The notes under the pieces are model-generated. The model ran no database searches, was not told where the DNA came from, and was given only the letters and a program-made list of their open reading frames with translations. Of a DNA stretch of 64,000 nt, positions 12,613-25,915 are shown piece by piece. The translations under genes and the position numbers were made by a program. Origin of the DNA: Octopus sinensis (lineage: Eukaryota); the NCBI RefSeq assembly GCF_006345805.1, contig NC_043004.1, forward strand, positions 27,776,001 through 27,840,000. The letters run 5' to 3'. Position 1 is the stretch's first letter, and the number at the start of each line of letters is the position of its first letter.

Positions 12613-13733
12613 GTAGGTTTTGCTTTGCATTTTTCTTTTTGTAGGCATCGAAGTGATACTAATGATTATATAACGAAGTACTTGTAAAATAGATATAACA
12701 TCATTTAGAGTGTTACAGTATTGCTGTAGACTTCAACATCATATCACAACACTAACAAGGCTGCCAGTATCACCTTATCCCTCTGTACACCATGCAAACC
12801 ATTGCACACCACCTAGACTGTCCACCAGCTACTACACTGTCCAAGTACCAAAACGCTGGACATCATCTACATTGTACATCACATATGCTGTACACCAACT
12901 ACTACACTGCATGCTAGGTGTTACATTGCACACCTACAACATCACACTGCCTGTGATACTACACACCAGCTACTACACTATACACTAAGTACTACTCTTC
13001 ACACTACCTACAACACTGTGAATTAAGTACTTCACTGTGCACCTTATACCACTTACATTAGGGCAAATTTTGGGCTTTTAGTGTCATATGATCTATAAAT
13101 AAAAGCCAACCCTCTTCATCTTGTATTCTATGTTGATTGTGGATACATCAGATAATATACTCCGAGTTACATTTTATGTAAATATAAAACTGGATAGTTC
13201 TTAGTGAAAATATTTGGATCTTAGATGTGACCTGTGAAGGCTGACATGCAGCTAAACAGCTCTATATATGACTAAATATATTGTCATTTCTTTTAATACC
13301 AAAATATATAGTTTAATATAACTTGTTAACACTACCAACATTATTATTTGATTACATTTATTGTAACTGTGTATCGTTATTATTCTAGCTGTGCAAGTAT
13401 GCAATATCTGTGACAAATCTCAATTTGGGTGCTGATTTCAAAGTTACACAGAAACAGTATGATTAATCTGATTAATCTCACAAAGATTTGTGAAAATAAC
13501 TTCACAAAATCCTGTCTACTTTTGAAGTGAACTATTTAACCCTTTAGGTATTTCAGTCTTCTAAACATGAGCCACAAATGGGAGTTGTTAATAGGCAACT
13601 TTCCTACTCATGCCACTCTTGAAAAGATATAAATATTCTTCACTATTAAGATGTTAATTTTTACTATTTTTCTGTCTGTCTGACCTGCTCAAGCATTATT
13701 AAATGTTTCAAAACAATTTTGACTTATTTACAG

Positions 13734-13832
13734 AACCGACCAAGTCAAGTGAAGGCTAAAATGGCTAACATGAAATTTTGGAAACAGAGTACACCAGCTG
13801 GAGACAAATACAGGATAGAAAGCAATGCTTAA
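13734..13832 (+). CDS. PLXDC: Terminal coding exon of the PLXDC-like gene
   Basis: ttatttaCAG acceptor, in frame with the previous exon. Encodes NRPSQVKAKMANMKFWKQSTPAGDKYRIESNA*; E-NRPS...MKF parallels vertebrate E-RRPSRWPAMKF. Confidence 0.8.
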   Translation, partial: NRPSQVKAKMANMKFWKQSTPAGDKYRIESNA

Positions 13833-13962
13833 TATTTTCGAAGAAAAAAATGGTTGCAGCTTACAATCAAGACCGTGTTTCTTTATTTGTTTTTTCCAGA
13901 TTTATTTTGGGGGGGTTTTCTTTATGTAATCATCTTATATATGTATGGGAGTATACATACAA

Positions 13963-13997
<35 letters not shown>

Positions 13998-14210
13998 TGT
14001 ATGTGTGTGAGTGTGTGTATGTATTTGTATGTATGAAACAACAGACCAATACAGTGTGGTTATAAATATATTTCTACACAGAAATCATGCAACATATATC
14101 TGACTAACATAGGTTTAGTCTCGCAATAAAAATAAACCTGTGTAACAAAATATAAAGAAGTTTTGTGCAGACATTTACTATATATGTATGTGTGTGTGTG
14201 TGTGTGTGTG

Positions 14211-14241
<31 letters not shown>

Positions 14242-14295
14242 CACAATTTAGGTTAGTTGAAATATGTTTGTCAAGTATTTCAACTGTTAAAGGTA

Positions 14296-14517
14296 AATAC
14301 ACTGCAGTTACCTTACAATGAAAAGGTGTGAAAACTCTCCGTTTCTTCAGTGTCACCCTCTCTTTGGAGTAAGAGTCTTCGATGTTTCAAGTTTGTTGAT
14401 CCTTGTTGATCAAACTGGGAGCATTAATGTCATAGACTCCTGAGAGTGGGCAACACTGAATGAACGGGATGTTTTCACCGTGAGAGAATTTTTTCTCTGC
14501 AGTAACTGCTGTATATT
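14296..14517. mobile_element. MITE-like imperfect inverted repeat
   Basis: Left arm actgcagttac..gtgaaaactctccgtttcttcagtgtcaccctctc versus reverse complement of right arm acagcagttac..gtgaaaacatcccgttcattcagtgttgcccactctc. Confidence 0.5.
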
Positions 14518-14989
14518 TGGCTTTAGTAGTTGAAATATGGGACAAACATATTGTGATTATATGTAAACGATGCTTAGTGCATTTACTCCAATATATATAT
14601 ATATACATATGTATGTATGTACATATGTATATGTATATATATATATACATATATATGTATGTATATGTGTAAATACAGTGAGAATTTACAAAAAAAATAA
14701 AAGATGAAAGCAGGTGTGTGTATGTATATATCTGTGTGTGTATACATATGTATATATATATGTATTTATATATCTATATATGTATATATATGTATTTATA
14801 TATTTATATATGTATGTATATATATGTATTTATGTATATATATATATGTATTTATATATCTATGTATGCATATATATACATGTATTTATGTATGTATATA
14901 TATACATGTATTTATGTATATGTATATATATATGTGATATATATATAGGTATAAACACATGTGTGTATATATATATATATATACACATA

Positions 14990-15390
14990 CTTTTTTACCC
15001 ATTTACTTGTTTCAGTAATTTGACTGCAGCCATGCTGGGGCACCGACTTTAGTCGAACAAATCGGCCCCAGGACTTATTCGTTGTAAGCCTAGTGCTTAT
15101 TCTATCAGTCTCTTCTGCCGAACCACTAAGTTACAGGGACTTAAACACACCAGCATCAGTTGTCAAGTGATGTTGTGGGGAAAAACACAGACACACAAGC
15201 ATACACACACACATGCATATGCATATATACATATATACGACTGGCTTCTTTCAGTTTCTGTCTACCATATCCACTCCAAAGGATTTGGTCAGCCCGAGGC
15301 TAAAGTACAAGACACTTGCCAGAGGTGCCACACAGTGGGAATGAACCAGGAAACATGTGGTTGGTAAGCAACCTACTTACCACACAGCTA
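14990..15390 (-). mobile_element. SINE family A
   Basis: Complete head, core, microsatellite and tail on the minus strand. Confidence 0.8.
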
Positions 15391-15553
15391 TAGCTGCACC
15401 TACATATATATGTGTGTGTGTGTGTGTATATGTATGTATATGTATATATATTTTTGTATGTATATATGTATGTATGTGTATAATATATATTGCCCCAGCA
15501 TGGTTACGGCTTTGTGCTGAAACTACAAAAAGAATGTATATATATGTATGTAT

Positions 15554-15589
<36 letters not shown>

Positions 15590-16278
15590 ATGTGTGTGTG
15601 TTTGTATGTATGTATAATGTTTGTATGTATGTATGTATAAATGTTTGTATGTATGTGTAAATATATGTATGTATGCATATATATGTATGTATGCATATAT
15701 ATATATATGTATGTATGCATATATATATATATGTATGCATGCATATATATGTATATGTGTATACATATAAATACACACATACGTATATATATATATATAT
15801 ATGTATTTATATGCGTACATATATATGTATGTATATGTGCATATGTATATATACATATGTATGTATTTGTATATATATATATATGTTTGTATATATATAT
15901 ATGTGTGAGTGTGTATGTATATGTGTATGTATATATATATACTTATATGTTTGTGTATGTACGTATATACATATATGTATAATATATACATATATATATG
16001 TATATGTATATATATGTATCTATATATATATGTATCTATATATATATGTATGTATATATATGTATCTATATATATATGTATGTATATATATGTATCTATA
16101 TATATATGTATGTATATATATGTATCTATATATATATATATGTATATATATGTATCTATGTATATATATATGTATCTATGTATATATATATATATATTAT
16201 ATATATATGTATCTATGTGTATATATATATATGTATCTATGTGTATCTATATATGTATATATATATATGTACATATAT

Positions 16279-16313
<35 letters not shown>

Positions 16314-16330
16314 TGTGTGTGTGTGTGTAA
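15390..16330. repeat. ~0.9-kb compound TA/TG/TATC microsatellite
   Basis: Directly visible; includes repeated ~26-bp units near 16010-16160. Confidence 0.95.
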
Positions 16331-17774
16331 AAATATTTGTGATGGAAGCAGTATTGATATCGAATAGAAGTATGTATATGTCTGTGTGTGCTTACCTATA
16401 TATTTGTGTGTATGCACACACACACACATACTTGTTTGCATATGCATGTTGTGTTTTGTTAGTGAAAAGAAGTTTTGATTGCTTTGTTAAATTTGGATTA
16501 TTTTTCTTGTTAATGATTTTGTTTCTTTTATTTGTAAAAAATTTTATTTTAATTTCTTTTTTGTTTCTGAGCTTTCTGAATTAAATTGTTATGTAGTTAG
16601 TTTTCATGTTAAGTAATGAAATATTTTTTTTAATATTGTTGTTTTGTTCTTATTTTTAATTTGCTAATCAGAATCTATAAAGTTATAGTGATAATTCATA
16701 TTGTCCAACTCATCCAATATCCTGGTGATATATTACAAACAAACAAAAAAAAAGTGAAAAAACATAAGATAAGAAAGAAAAATAAAATAAAAATCTGTTT
16801 TATGCTTTTTTTTCTACTTGATATTTTATTTTATTTTCAGTTATTCTGGGATTGCTTTCTGTATAATTATGTTTTGGTGGAGGTTGAATCTGTTATAATT
16901 GCTAATGTGGACTCTAGCATTATCATACAAGTCTTTTATTTGGTTTCCAAACTTAAAATATCACTCACTTTGTTATGACTCATTGATATTTTCAGTTTTT
17001 GTTGTATAATTAATCATTTCCTTGTTAGTTACTCACTAATTATGTAATATTTGCCTTGGATTTTCTTCTTTTTAACACTGCAATATGTTTCTTTTTTTAT
17101 TTGCATTATTGCATTTCAATTTGATGTCTTATTGAATGATGACAGGGATCTTTTTGTTTTTGCTTCATAATTTGCAAGGTTTTCTTTTTTCAACATTACA
17201 TTGAGATATAGCAAAAATTTCATCAATGTTTCGTAGTTATAAAAATATCTGGTTTTATTAAATGGCACAAAAATTCTAAACCTAAACCATGAAACATCCA
17301 TTTAAACTGTTTTCTTCTTCAATAATTCTCTACTTAATATTTGTTTACTATTTAAAACCAACATTAGAACTCTTAGCTGCAGTCTAATCTTCATTTATAT
17401 TTTGTTTTTCTAATAAGCTTTGTATTTCTTTTGTTTTCAGTGTGTTTGGCATTGCAAGCATTAGGTTTCTGTTTACTAAAGCTAAGAAAACAAATAATTT
17501 AATTATATTTTAGAATTAAAAACAATGTTGATCTTCCCTTCTTTAGGATTTTTTTGATGCAAAAACGTATGTATTTGTAAACTTTGAGAAAACTATGATA
17601 CATAATTAATGATAAACTTTTAATAGAGATGAGATGTAAATGTTCGCTGAAATGAAAATGTATTTTAGAGTTTCTCCTTTATTGTTAGGAAATCTCATTT
17701 CATTTTGAATATGAGCTATCCAGTAATGTTACTACACTCACACACACACACAGAGTTAAACAGATATGTCTATA

Positions 17775-17940
17775 TTGATGCAGGCATGCCTGTATTATAA
17801 GAAGATTGCTTCCCAAATAGTGCTCTTGAGTTCATTCTCACTGGTTACACCTTGGGCAATGTCTTCAGTTATAGCTCTGGGCTGACTAAAGTCTTGTGAG
17901 TAGACTTGATTGATGGAAACCAAAAGAAGCTCATTGTATG
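17775..17940 (+). mobile_element. Old SINE head (family A-related); sister copy at ~11487-11592
   Basis: Shared caggcat.cctg..ttata.gaagattgcttccca..caccttgggcaa..ttatagctctgggctgactaaa. Confidence 0.5.
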
Positions 17941-17969
17941 TATATATATATGTGTGTATGTGTATATAT

Positions 17970-18001
<32 letters not shown>

Positions 18002-18027
18002 TTATATATATATTGTGTGTGTGCATG

Positions 18028-18075
<48 letters not shown>

Positions 18076-18102
18076 AAGAGAGATTTATACATGTGTGTAT
18101 AG

Positions 18103-18136
<34 letters not shown>

Positions 18137-18144
18137 GTGCATAT

Positions 18145-18310
18145 AATATGTGACAGTTATTCGGTTGCCATAATAAGACTCCGAGTTTCGGATTTTGGGG
18201 TGGAAAATTGGTCCGGCATCTCATCAGTTATTGAGGCAATCAAAAATTGCTATGAAAATGACCGTTTAATGGTCCAGAGTCTTATTATGGCAACCAAATA
18301 ATTGTCACAT
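18145..18310 (-). ncRNA. Type I minimal hammerhead ribozyme motif inside an inverted-repeat, Penelope pLTR-like remnant
   Basis: Minus strand 18232-18172 reads AATAA CTGATGA [irregular stem II] GAAA CTCGGA GTC TTATT: stem I AATAA/TTATT and near-palindromic stem III. A ~40-bp inverted repeat spans 18145-18185 and 18272-18310. Confidence 0.6.
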
Positions 18311-20175
18311 ATATTACAGTTAAATTCCTCTATTTACATAATATCAAGGTCTCATTCATTCTTTTGTTGTCTTACCATTACTATTAATATATATATAGTA
18401 TGTGTGTAGAGAGAGTCACAAACTTGACATATTCAAGGTAATTATGTTTGTCTTGTAAATATTTTGTGTCTGTCTTCCTTGGGCATATGGACAGAGAACA
18501 CAATAGACAGACTCTCAAGAGAAAGATATGAATGTGACATATGGAAGCTGTCTTTTACTATTTCTTTTTCATCTGTTCATTTCTCTGTCTGAATGTTTAC
18601 ACACTAAATGCAACAATATCTTCTTTGAACCATCTTAGTTTAGTATTTATCTTTTAACCTTTCTGCTACTTTTTACTAATGCTTCTATTATATTGCTAGC
18701 TTAAATATTATTCAGTCTGTCTATTTCATAGCAGTTAGGAAATTGGTAGCAGGATATGATTAAAATCCATCCCTTCTCACTGTACCTTGGTCATTTTCCT
18801 TCAAAATTTAAATGTAATTCTTTAATTTTGATGATCACTATCTTTGAAATTTATACTGGGGAATTATTTTAGTACACTTTAAAATACCATAAATTTTCAT
18901 CTGTTGTCTTTTTTGATTGGCAAATATTTATTTAGCAATTTTTTTTTGTTTTAAATATAGCATTCATATTCCTTATTTTCTTTGCTATCAAAGACTGCCT
19001 CAGTGTTTTGTAATGGTAGTATCTATATGATAGTCTCCAACACTGAAAACTGGTTTGTCCCATTGATGAGTTGAGTTGAATTGTGGATAGTTTCTGAGAT
19101 TATAAAAAGTGCCATAGAAACAATCCCCAAAAATTGGATGAGCAATGATGTTGTCTTTAATAAGTGAGTGCTTTTATCAAACTTAGATAATCTTGCTGTA
19201 ATATATTCGTAACAGAGATTGAAATTAACATCGAACTCAACAGGTGTGCCATTATGATTGTCCAGCATATGTATCATGTTTTGATTCTTAATTTCTATCA
19301 GATTCTTTCATTTTAATTTAAAGTCTAACATTTATTATACCTACATATCATCTACCATTTTTCTATAGGTTCCCATTATAAAAGTAATTTTTTTTCCTTT
19401 GGAGGGTAAAACTGTTTCTGTCATTCTTTCTTTGCTCCCTCTTTTAATAATTTTACATATTTTCTGCTATTGTAGTGCATGTGAGCACTGTATACAATAA
19501 ACTCATTATTATTATTCCTTTCACTACATCAGTGACATTCCAATAATGCAGTATCTATATAAGAATATTCCTTGCTTTCTCTGCAACAATCTAAGAATTA
19601 TTTGTAAAAATTTGTATAGATATAGAATCTATTTTGGATAACAAAAACAAGAAAAAAGAAAAAAAATGCAATTTTTTTTTTTTTTTTGCTGAGTTAGAAT
19701 CTTTTGTTCATTAATTCTTATAGCATCTTAATTATTATGGCAACAAGAGCAGTTATTTAGCTTAATTTCTGCATTCTCATATTGACTATTATATTTATTG
19801 GTTTCTATCATGGAATATCTATTTATGAAGAAAACTTTTGTTCTTGAAATTAACTAATATATAACTTTATGTATCACTCACATTATTAGTATACAATCCA
19901 ATATTATTACTATATATATCCCCCTCCCTACATTTTGAATATCCTTGTGCTGAAATAGATAGCACCAATTAAAAAAAAAGAAAAGAAATTTGATAAATGA
20001 TTTGTAATATTTGAAAAATTTTTAAATGAATATTTTGATGTTATCTATTTTACACAATTCTGAGTTCAAAGAAACAGTCTAGGAGTTTATTTTTCAATTT
20101 TCAAATATCAATTAATCAGCAAAGGAATACCCAAGTGTGCTTAAAGGAAAATTGGTTATTTCACTGTGCATTTTA

Positions 20176-20208
<33 letters not shown>

Positions 20209-20330
20209 GTGTGTGTGTGCGTGTGTGTATTTATTAATGTTTTAACTGTAGTTTTAATCAGTGGATTAAAATTGGTGAATCCAATCTATAGTGTGCTTTT
20301 TAGGGAAAATTGGTTACTTCCCTGTATTTC

Positions 20331-20365
<35 letters not shown>

Positions 20366-23109
20366 ATATATATACTGCTAAAGTATGTTTTCTTCAGTTA
20401 ATTAAAATAGGTATAATATCAGTAGATAGACAAGATTCTACCATACAGCCATCAGCTATCATAGCTTCTTGTATTGCCTCCCACCTATATTTACCATTTG
20501 TTATTCATGTGAGGAATCTGATGGCTTTGGATTAGTCAGTCTTTTTTATTTAATTTCAATTTTGTTATTCTTTATTTGTTGAAGTTTGCATTTTGATTTT
20601 ATTTTTGTTCTATTTTTTTCACAAATGACTAAAAAATTTACTGTGATAAAATTTGGAAATTGTATTTTCTTTATAATTAATTTGATAATTTGATTGGCTG
20701 TCTTTAGTTTAAGTTATCTTACTTAACATCTTAATTATTAATTCAATCTTCTCTTACTTAATCATACATTTTTGAGTAATCCTTTTTATTCTGGAATTCT
20801 TATATTGTTGTGCAGCAAGTAACATCCTCCTGGTTTCTTTGACCAATGTAATTCTGGATAGAACCAATCAATTTTCATTCCTCTTTGTTTATTTTTACTT
20901 TTTCCCCGTTTTTTTTTTTTTTATCCCCTCACACTATGTTTGGTAAAATGCTGGGTTCAGTCACTAAAAAATGAATTATCCAGATTTAATTTTTCATGTA
21001 AATAGAATGTTTTCCTCGAAACTATAACTAAAAGAAAATGAGTGCCGAAGAGAGCATATTGACTGTTTCAATATCCTTTGTCAAAAAAGAAAACTGACAA
21101 GTATTTTTGCCACCCTCCTATGTTTTGTTTTTTCATTTTGCTTTTTGTATCCCAACAAACATTGAAATTGGATTCACAAAGAATATATATATATAGCAAC
21201 ATTTTTCTGTCTTGAAATATTATGCTCTGTAACAAAATTTCTACCATGTAGTGATGAAATGATATCAAGGAATACTTTCATACTGCTATTTCTTTTAACT
21301 AAGTAAAAGAGTAAAAAAAAAAAAAGATGAAAAATGTATTTTTCAGTCACACACATGCACTCACTCACACACACACACACACATTCTCTATCTCTCCCTC
21401 CCTCTCTCTTTCATGCACATACATACATACATACACACATATTTATAAATATACATTTTTCCCCTCCCTCTCTCTCTTTCATGCACATTCATACACACAT
21501 ATTTATAAATATACAATTTTATTGACTGGAAATGAATCTCTGTACGGTCAGTATTTTTAATGCAAATCTCTTGGATAAATTCTTACTTGGACCATTCCAA
21601 AGGACTGAATATTTGTGTATTCATCTCCCTCACCCCTTTTACACATGACTCAGGCTGTTACAAACTGGCTTTGAGTGTATGTGTATATATATATATACAC
21701 ATATATATATATATATACATGTATATATATATATATATATGTGTGTGTGTATAAATATATATATATATGTATATATTGATATATATATATATATATATGT
21801 GTATGTATATATATATATATTGGTAAATCTGTCCTAAACAAATGTACATTTTTTTAGTAAACGAGAGTTATTTTTGTACAATTTTGTATCCTTAGCAGAG
21901 TGAGCTGTTTGAGCGTCTGATTTAATGGTTGTGTGATGGGTTAGACATGTCTTAGCTTTATATAGTCTTCTAACACTTATTTTTCTTCTTCCAAAGACTG
22001 CTGTGGTTTGTTTCTGTTGGTTTATTTTTATTTTTACCTGCTTGCTTTGATGTGCCCCACCCCTCACTCCTGGCCGCCTCGCGCACAAATTTATTCAGCC
22101 CATGAACCCTTCCATCTATATTCTTTATAAAATATTTCTAAAACCTTGCTGTTTTAATTCTCTGGTTGGCATTTTATTGGTTTCATTGTTTTGATCTTTT
22201 ACTTTGTTTTGATTTTTTTAAACTTTTTTTTTTGTTTTTTTTTTGACAACGTAATTTGAAGTCTCCTTATTGATTGATTAATTATATTTCCATAATTATT
22301 TAATTAATCACAATTGTTTTTCAATTTTCTTTTATCTTTTTAAGTTTTTGTTATGTTTTTTGTTTCTCTCACATTTAAACAAAATTGTAAAAATTAATAA
22401 AGAAACTGAACTAAAATCAGCCGTAATTTTGATTAATGGAGCTTGGGCTGTAAACTCTGAATGGTTCCTTTTTAAAATTCACCAACCCACATACACACAC
22501 AACACACACACATACACACACGTACACACACACACACACACACTTATATAGCTCCTGCCATCTCTAATATAGGTCTATATAATCTGACCTATTGATTGTA
22601 TGCAAGTTGTCTGAAGTTAACAAGAGAGAAAAAAAAAACCCACCGCCGCCACACACACAAACACTCATGTATGAAGAAGATGGCCTCTTAATTTGATGGT
22701 GTCTTTCTTACATGAAGTAGTTTAATCTAGAGATTCAATATTTTGTTACAAGCCTGTGATCAGTTATCACTGGACAATTACGTTGTTCATGGCTTTGTTA
22801 TGAATAAACTTTTGTACCTTTTCTAACTTGTTCATTGTTTTTATTGTTTTTATTATTGTTCTTATTGTTCTTTCTCTCCCACCAAGTCATCTCTGATTGA
22901 GTGGACATTCACAGCATGAACAACCAGTCTTGTTTCAAACATAGTGGACCAAGGACTATATTATTTGTCTTCACTTTTCTTTAAGATGTTATTATTCAAA
23001 TTAAAGGAAATTTGGCTGTGATTTCTAACAGATCCAACTACCATGTACAGGCCTCTTTCCCTAGCTCCTGTTGAAGTTGTTAATAAGAACAGGAAATAAC
23101 AGAATCATC

Positions 23110-23500
23110 AGCGCCTTGTTTCCCTGGGCATGGATTCACTGAAGCTCCGGCGTTTGGCGACGGACTTGGTAAACACCCACAAAGTTATCAACCACCTCAC
23201 CAACAACAACACTGAACACCTTTTTGATCTCCATGTGTCTAACACACGTGGACATGCCTACAAAGTCAGAAAACAATACAGCTCCCATGACTTTCGGAAA
23301 CATTTTTTCACGCTCAGAGTTGCTGAAGCATGGAATAAACTGCCTGCGTCAGTTGTTGACTGCCATGACACTGCATCTTTTAAGGCCCTCATGCTTTCCG
23401 AAATCCGCCGAAACTACACCTGATTATATATACACTTTAGATGAGTTGTAGTGCACCTGAGCACTGTACACAATTATTATTATTATTATTATTATTATAT
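23110..23500 (+). mobile_element. CR1/L2-group LINE 3' end
   Basis: SLKLRRLATDL..TRGHAYKVRK..RKHFFTLRVAEAWNKLPASVV..SFK, the classic CR1 RT C-terminus; (att)n tail. Confidence 0.85.
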
Positions 23501-23859
23501 CAGCACATAAAAGTGTCAGTGTTTCTTCCAGCACCTGACATTCAAAGTACAAGTCTCTCTAAGATCAGCTTTGCATTTATTCTTTCCAGGTCTGATAAAA
23601 TAAAGTTCCAGTGAAGCACCAGTTTGATATAGTCAATTGTTTCCCTCCCACTAAATTACTGACCTACTGCCTAAATTAGAAACATTTGGCAGAACCGTTG
23701 GAGCATAAGGAAAATTGTTGAAATCCTGCCATTGTCATCCTTCATCCTTTCAAGATCATGAATATAAAATATCTGTCAAATACTGAGGCTGAGCACATCA
23801 GTTGATCCTTCCCCCACATTTCAGGCCTTGTGCTTATTGTAGAAATAATTAACTGTAGT

Positions 23860-24070
23860 GAACTGGTACAATTGTCCCACGCCAGACAAAATGCTTAGTG
23901 GCATTTCTTCTAGCTTTATGTTTTGAGTTCAAATTCCTCCAAGGTCAACTTTACTATTCATTCTTTGGGAGTCGATTAAATAAGTTCGAGCTGAGCACAA
24001 GGGTCGATGTAATTGACAAACCACCTCTCACGAAACTTGCTGATCTTGTGCCCATAATAGAAAGGATTAT
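23860..24070 (+). mobile_element. SINE family B, decayed, with the alternative tail
   Basis: aaaatgcttagtggcatttc..gagttcaaattcc..ggtcaactttact..gggtcgatgtaattgac..cttgtgccca. Confidence 0.6.
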
Positions 24071-25663
24071 TATTCTTGCTGCTGCTTCAGTTTTGATGGC
24101 AGAGTAGCAAAAACTCTTGAACATCAGTTTTATTTTGTTCAGATTGTCTCTGTACTCAAACCAAGGAATATTCTGACTCATGACTCTAATATACAATTAG
24201 TATACTAATTACAAAATAATTAAGCCATATTGGTGTATATCGTAATAATTGTAATGTATTTACAATACATTATATAGTAAAATGCAGTAGTACACACACG
24301 GCTGTGTTCATTTGTAGAAAGGATTTTAAAATCGTTTGAAAATGTGTAATTTTAAGAGCACTCAATTGAGAAGAGAAAGAGGGAAGTGAGGATTTCAGAA
24401 AAGGAATGGCAGCTTGCAAGGATTTAGATCCGTATTCCTATTTCTTTATACCGAATGACTTAGGGTTCTTGCTATAAGATTTTAAAGAATTTTTAATTTA
24501 GTCTTATATAGAAGTGTGGCTGTGTAGTTAATTTCCCGACTCCATTCGTGTTCGGTCCCACTGCAAGTGTCTTCTATAGCTTTAGGCCAACCAAATCCTT
24601 GTTGTGAGCGGACTTGGTGAATGAAAACTTGAAGAAGCTCGTCATACGCACACATGCACATATATGCATGCTTGTATGAGATATCTACACTGCGTTTCAA
24701 ATTATTTACAACGTAACATCTTTTTATTTTATTTAAAAACTACTCGTTGGAATTTAACGAAACTTTCACAAAATGGTGGCAGCAGTTATATGCGCGTGGT
24801 GTATAAAACACGTGAGGTTGCGTAAAACAATACAGAAACTACGGCCATTCACGTAAACTTTCACTGTTTCAAATTATTAGCGAGGTGTAATTAAAACTCG
24901 TGCAAACAAGAAAATACCAATTTAATTGTTTAATTACATACTGAAATTAACACATACAGTCATAAACATGGAAGAAGTAGAAATATATATAAATAGCATT
25001 CAAAAATGGTAGGTGAGCTGGTTAGTAAGGGCTATGTGTGCCTTCGTTTGAAATAAGCTAGAAAAAGCGCTGGTCCATGAAACCTGCTAATTTCGGGATC
25101 TCTTTTGATGTCATACCACGCTAAACATTCGCTATTGCTTGCTACAATTCATTGGCGTCAATTCACGTAAACTCGTCACTTTAGAATACTCCACATGTTT
25201 TCTATTGGGTTTAAGTCGGGGAAACAGACAGGCCACTTCATCTTCCGAGGTCTACAGAAGCCTAATTGATGGTACTACTCTGTAGTTTTCTTCGCTGAGT
25301 GCGAGGGCGCATTATCTTGCATCAATATTACAGTTGTCTTGAAGGCAAGGTTCAAGGTGCTCCCTCAGAAAGGGTATGTAAACATCTGCGGTCATTTTAA
25401 CATAGTCAGGCACTTTCCAAGGACAACCATAATACCTGCCCAAATCATGATGCCTCCCCTCCTCCTGTTGGTGTTTCAAGCATTGATGACGATCTCGTTC
25501 GTTTATATCTCATTCCTTACTCCAACCATCAGGTCCATCAAGGGTAGCACGAGTTTCGTCCGTAAAAAAATTTTGAAGTCGACCTTCATATGTTCTGCCC
25601 ATTTCAGACGATTTTGTTTAATGGAGGCCACTGGTTTAGCGACCATTTTTAGAAGACAACATC

Positions 25664-25894
25664 TGTTTCTTTATCACCCACAAGGGGCTAAACATAGAGG
25701 GGGCAAACAAGGACAGACAAACGGATTAAGTTGATTACATCGACCCCAGTACGTAACTGGTACTTAATTTATCGACCCCGAAAGGATGAAAGGCAAAGTC
25801 GACCTCGGCAGAATTTGAACTCAGAACGTAATGGCAGACAAAATACGGCTACGCATTTCGCCCGGTGTGCTAACGTTTCTGCCAGCTCGCCGCC
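25664..25894 (-). mobile_element. SINE family B, complete, 16-bp TSD
   Basis: TSD tttagaagacaacatc at 25648-25663 and 25895-25910. Confidence 0.9.
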
Positions 25895-25915
25895 TTTAGA
25901 AGACAACATCGGGTA

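Noticed and set aside
19023-19277. 84-aa minus-strand ORF and an overlapping + strand exon-like stretch with a GTGAGT donor
   Set aside because: No recognisable domain; at most a very decayed PLE RT; lies downstream of the PLXDC stop.
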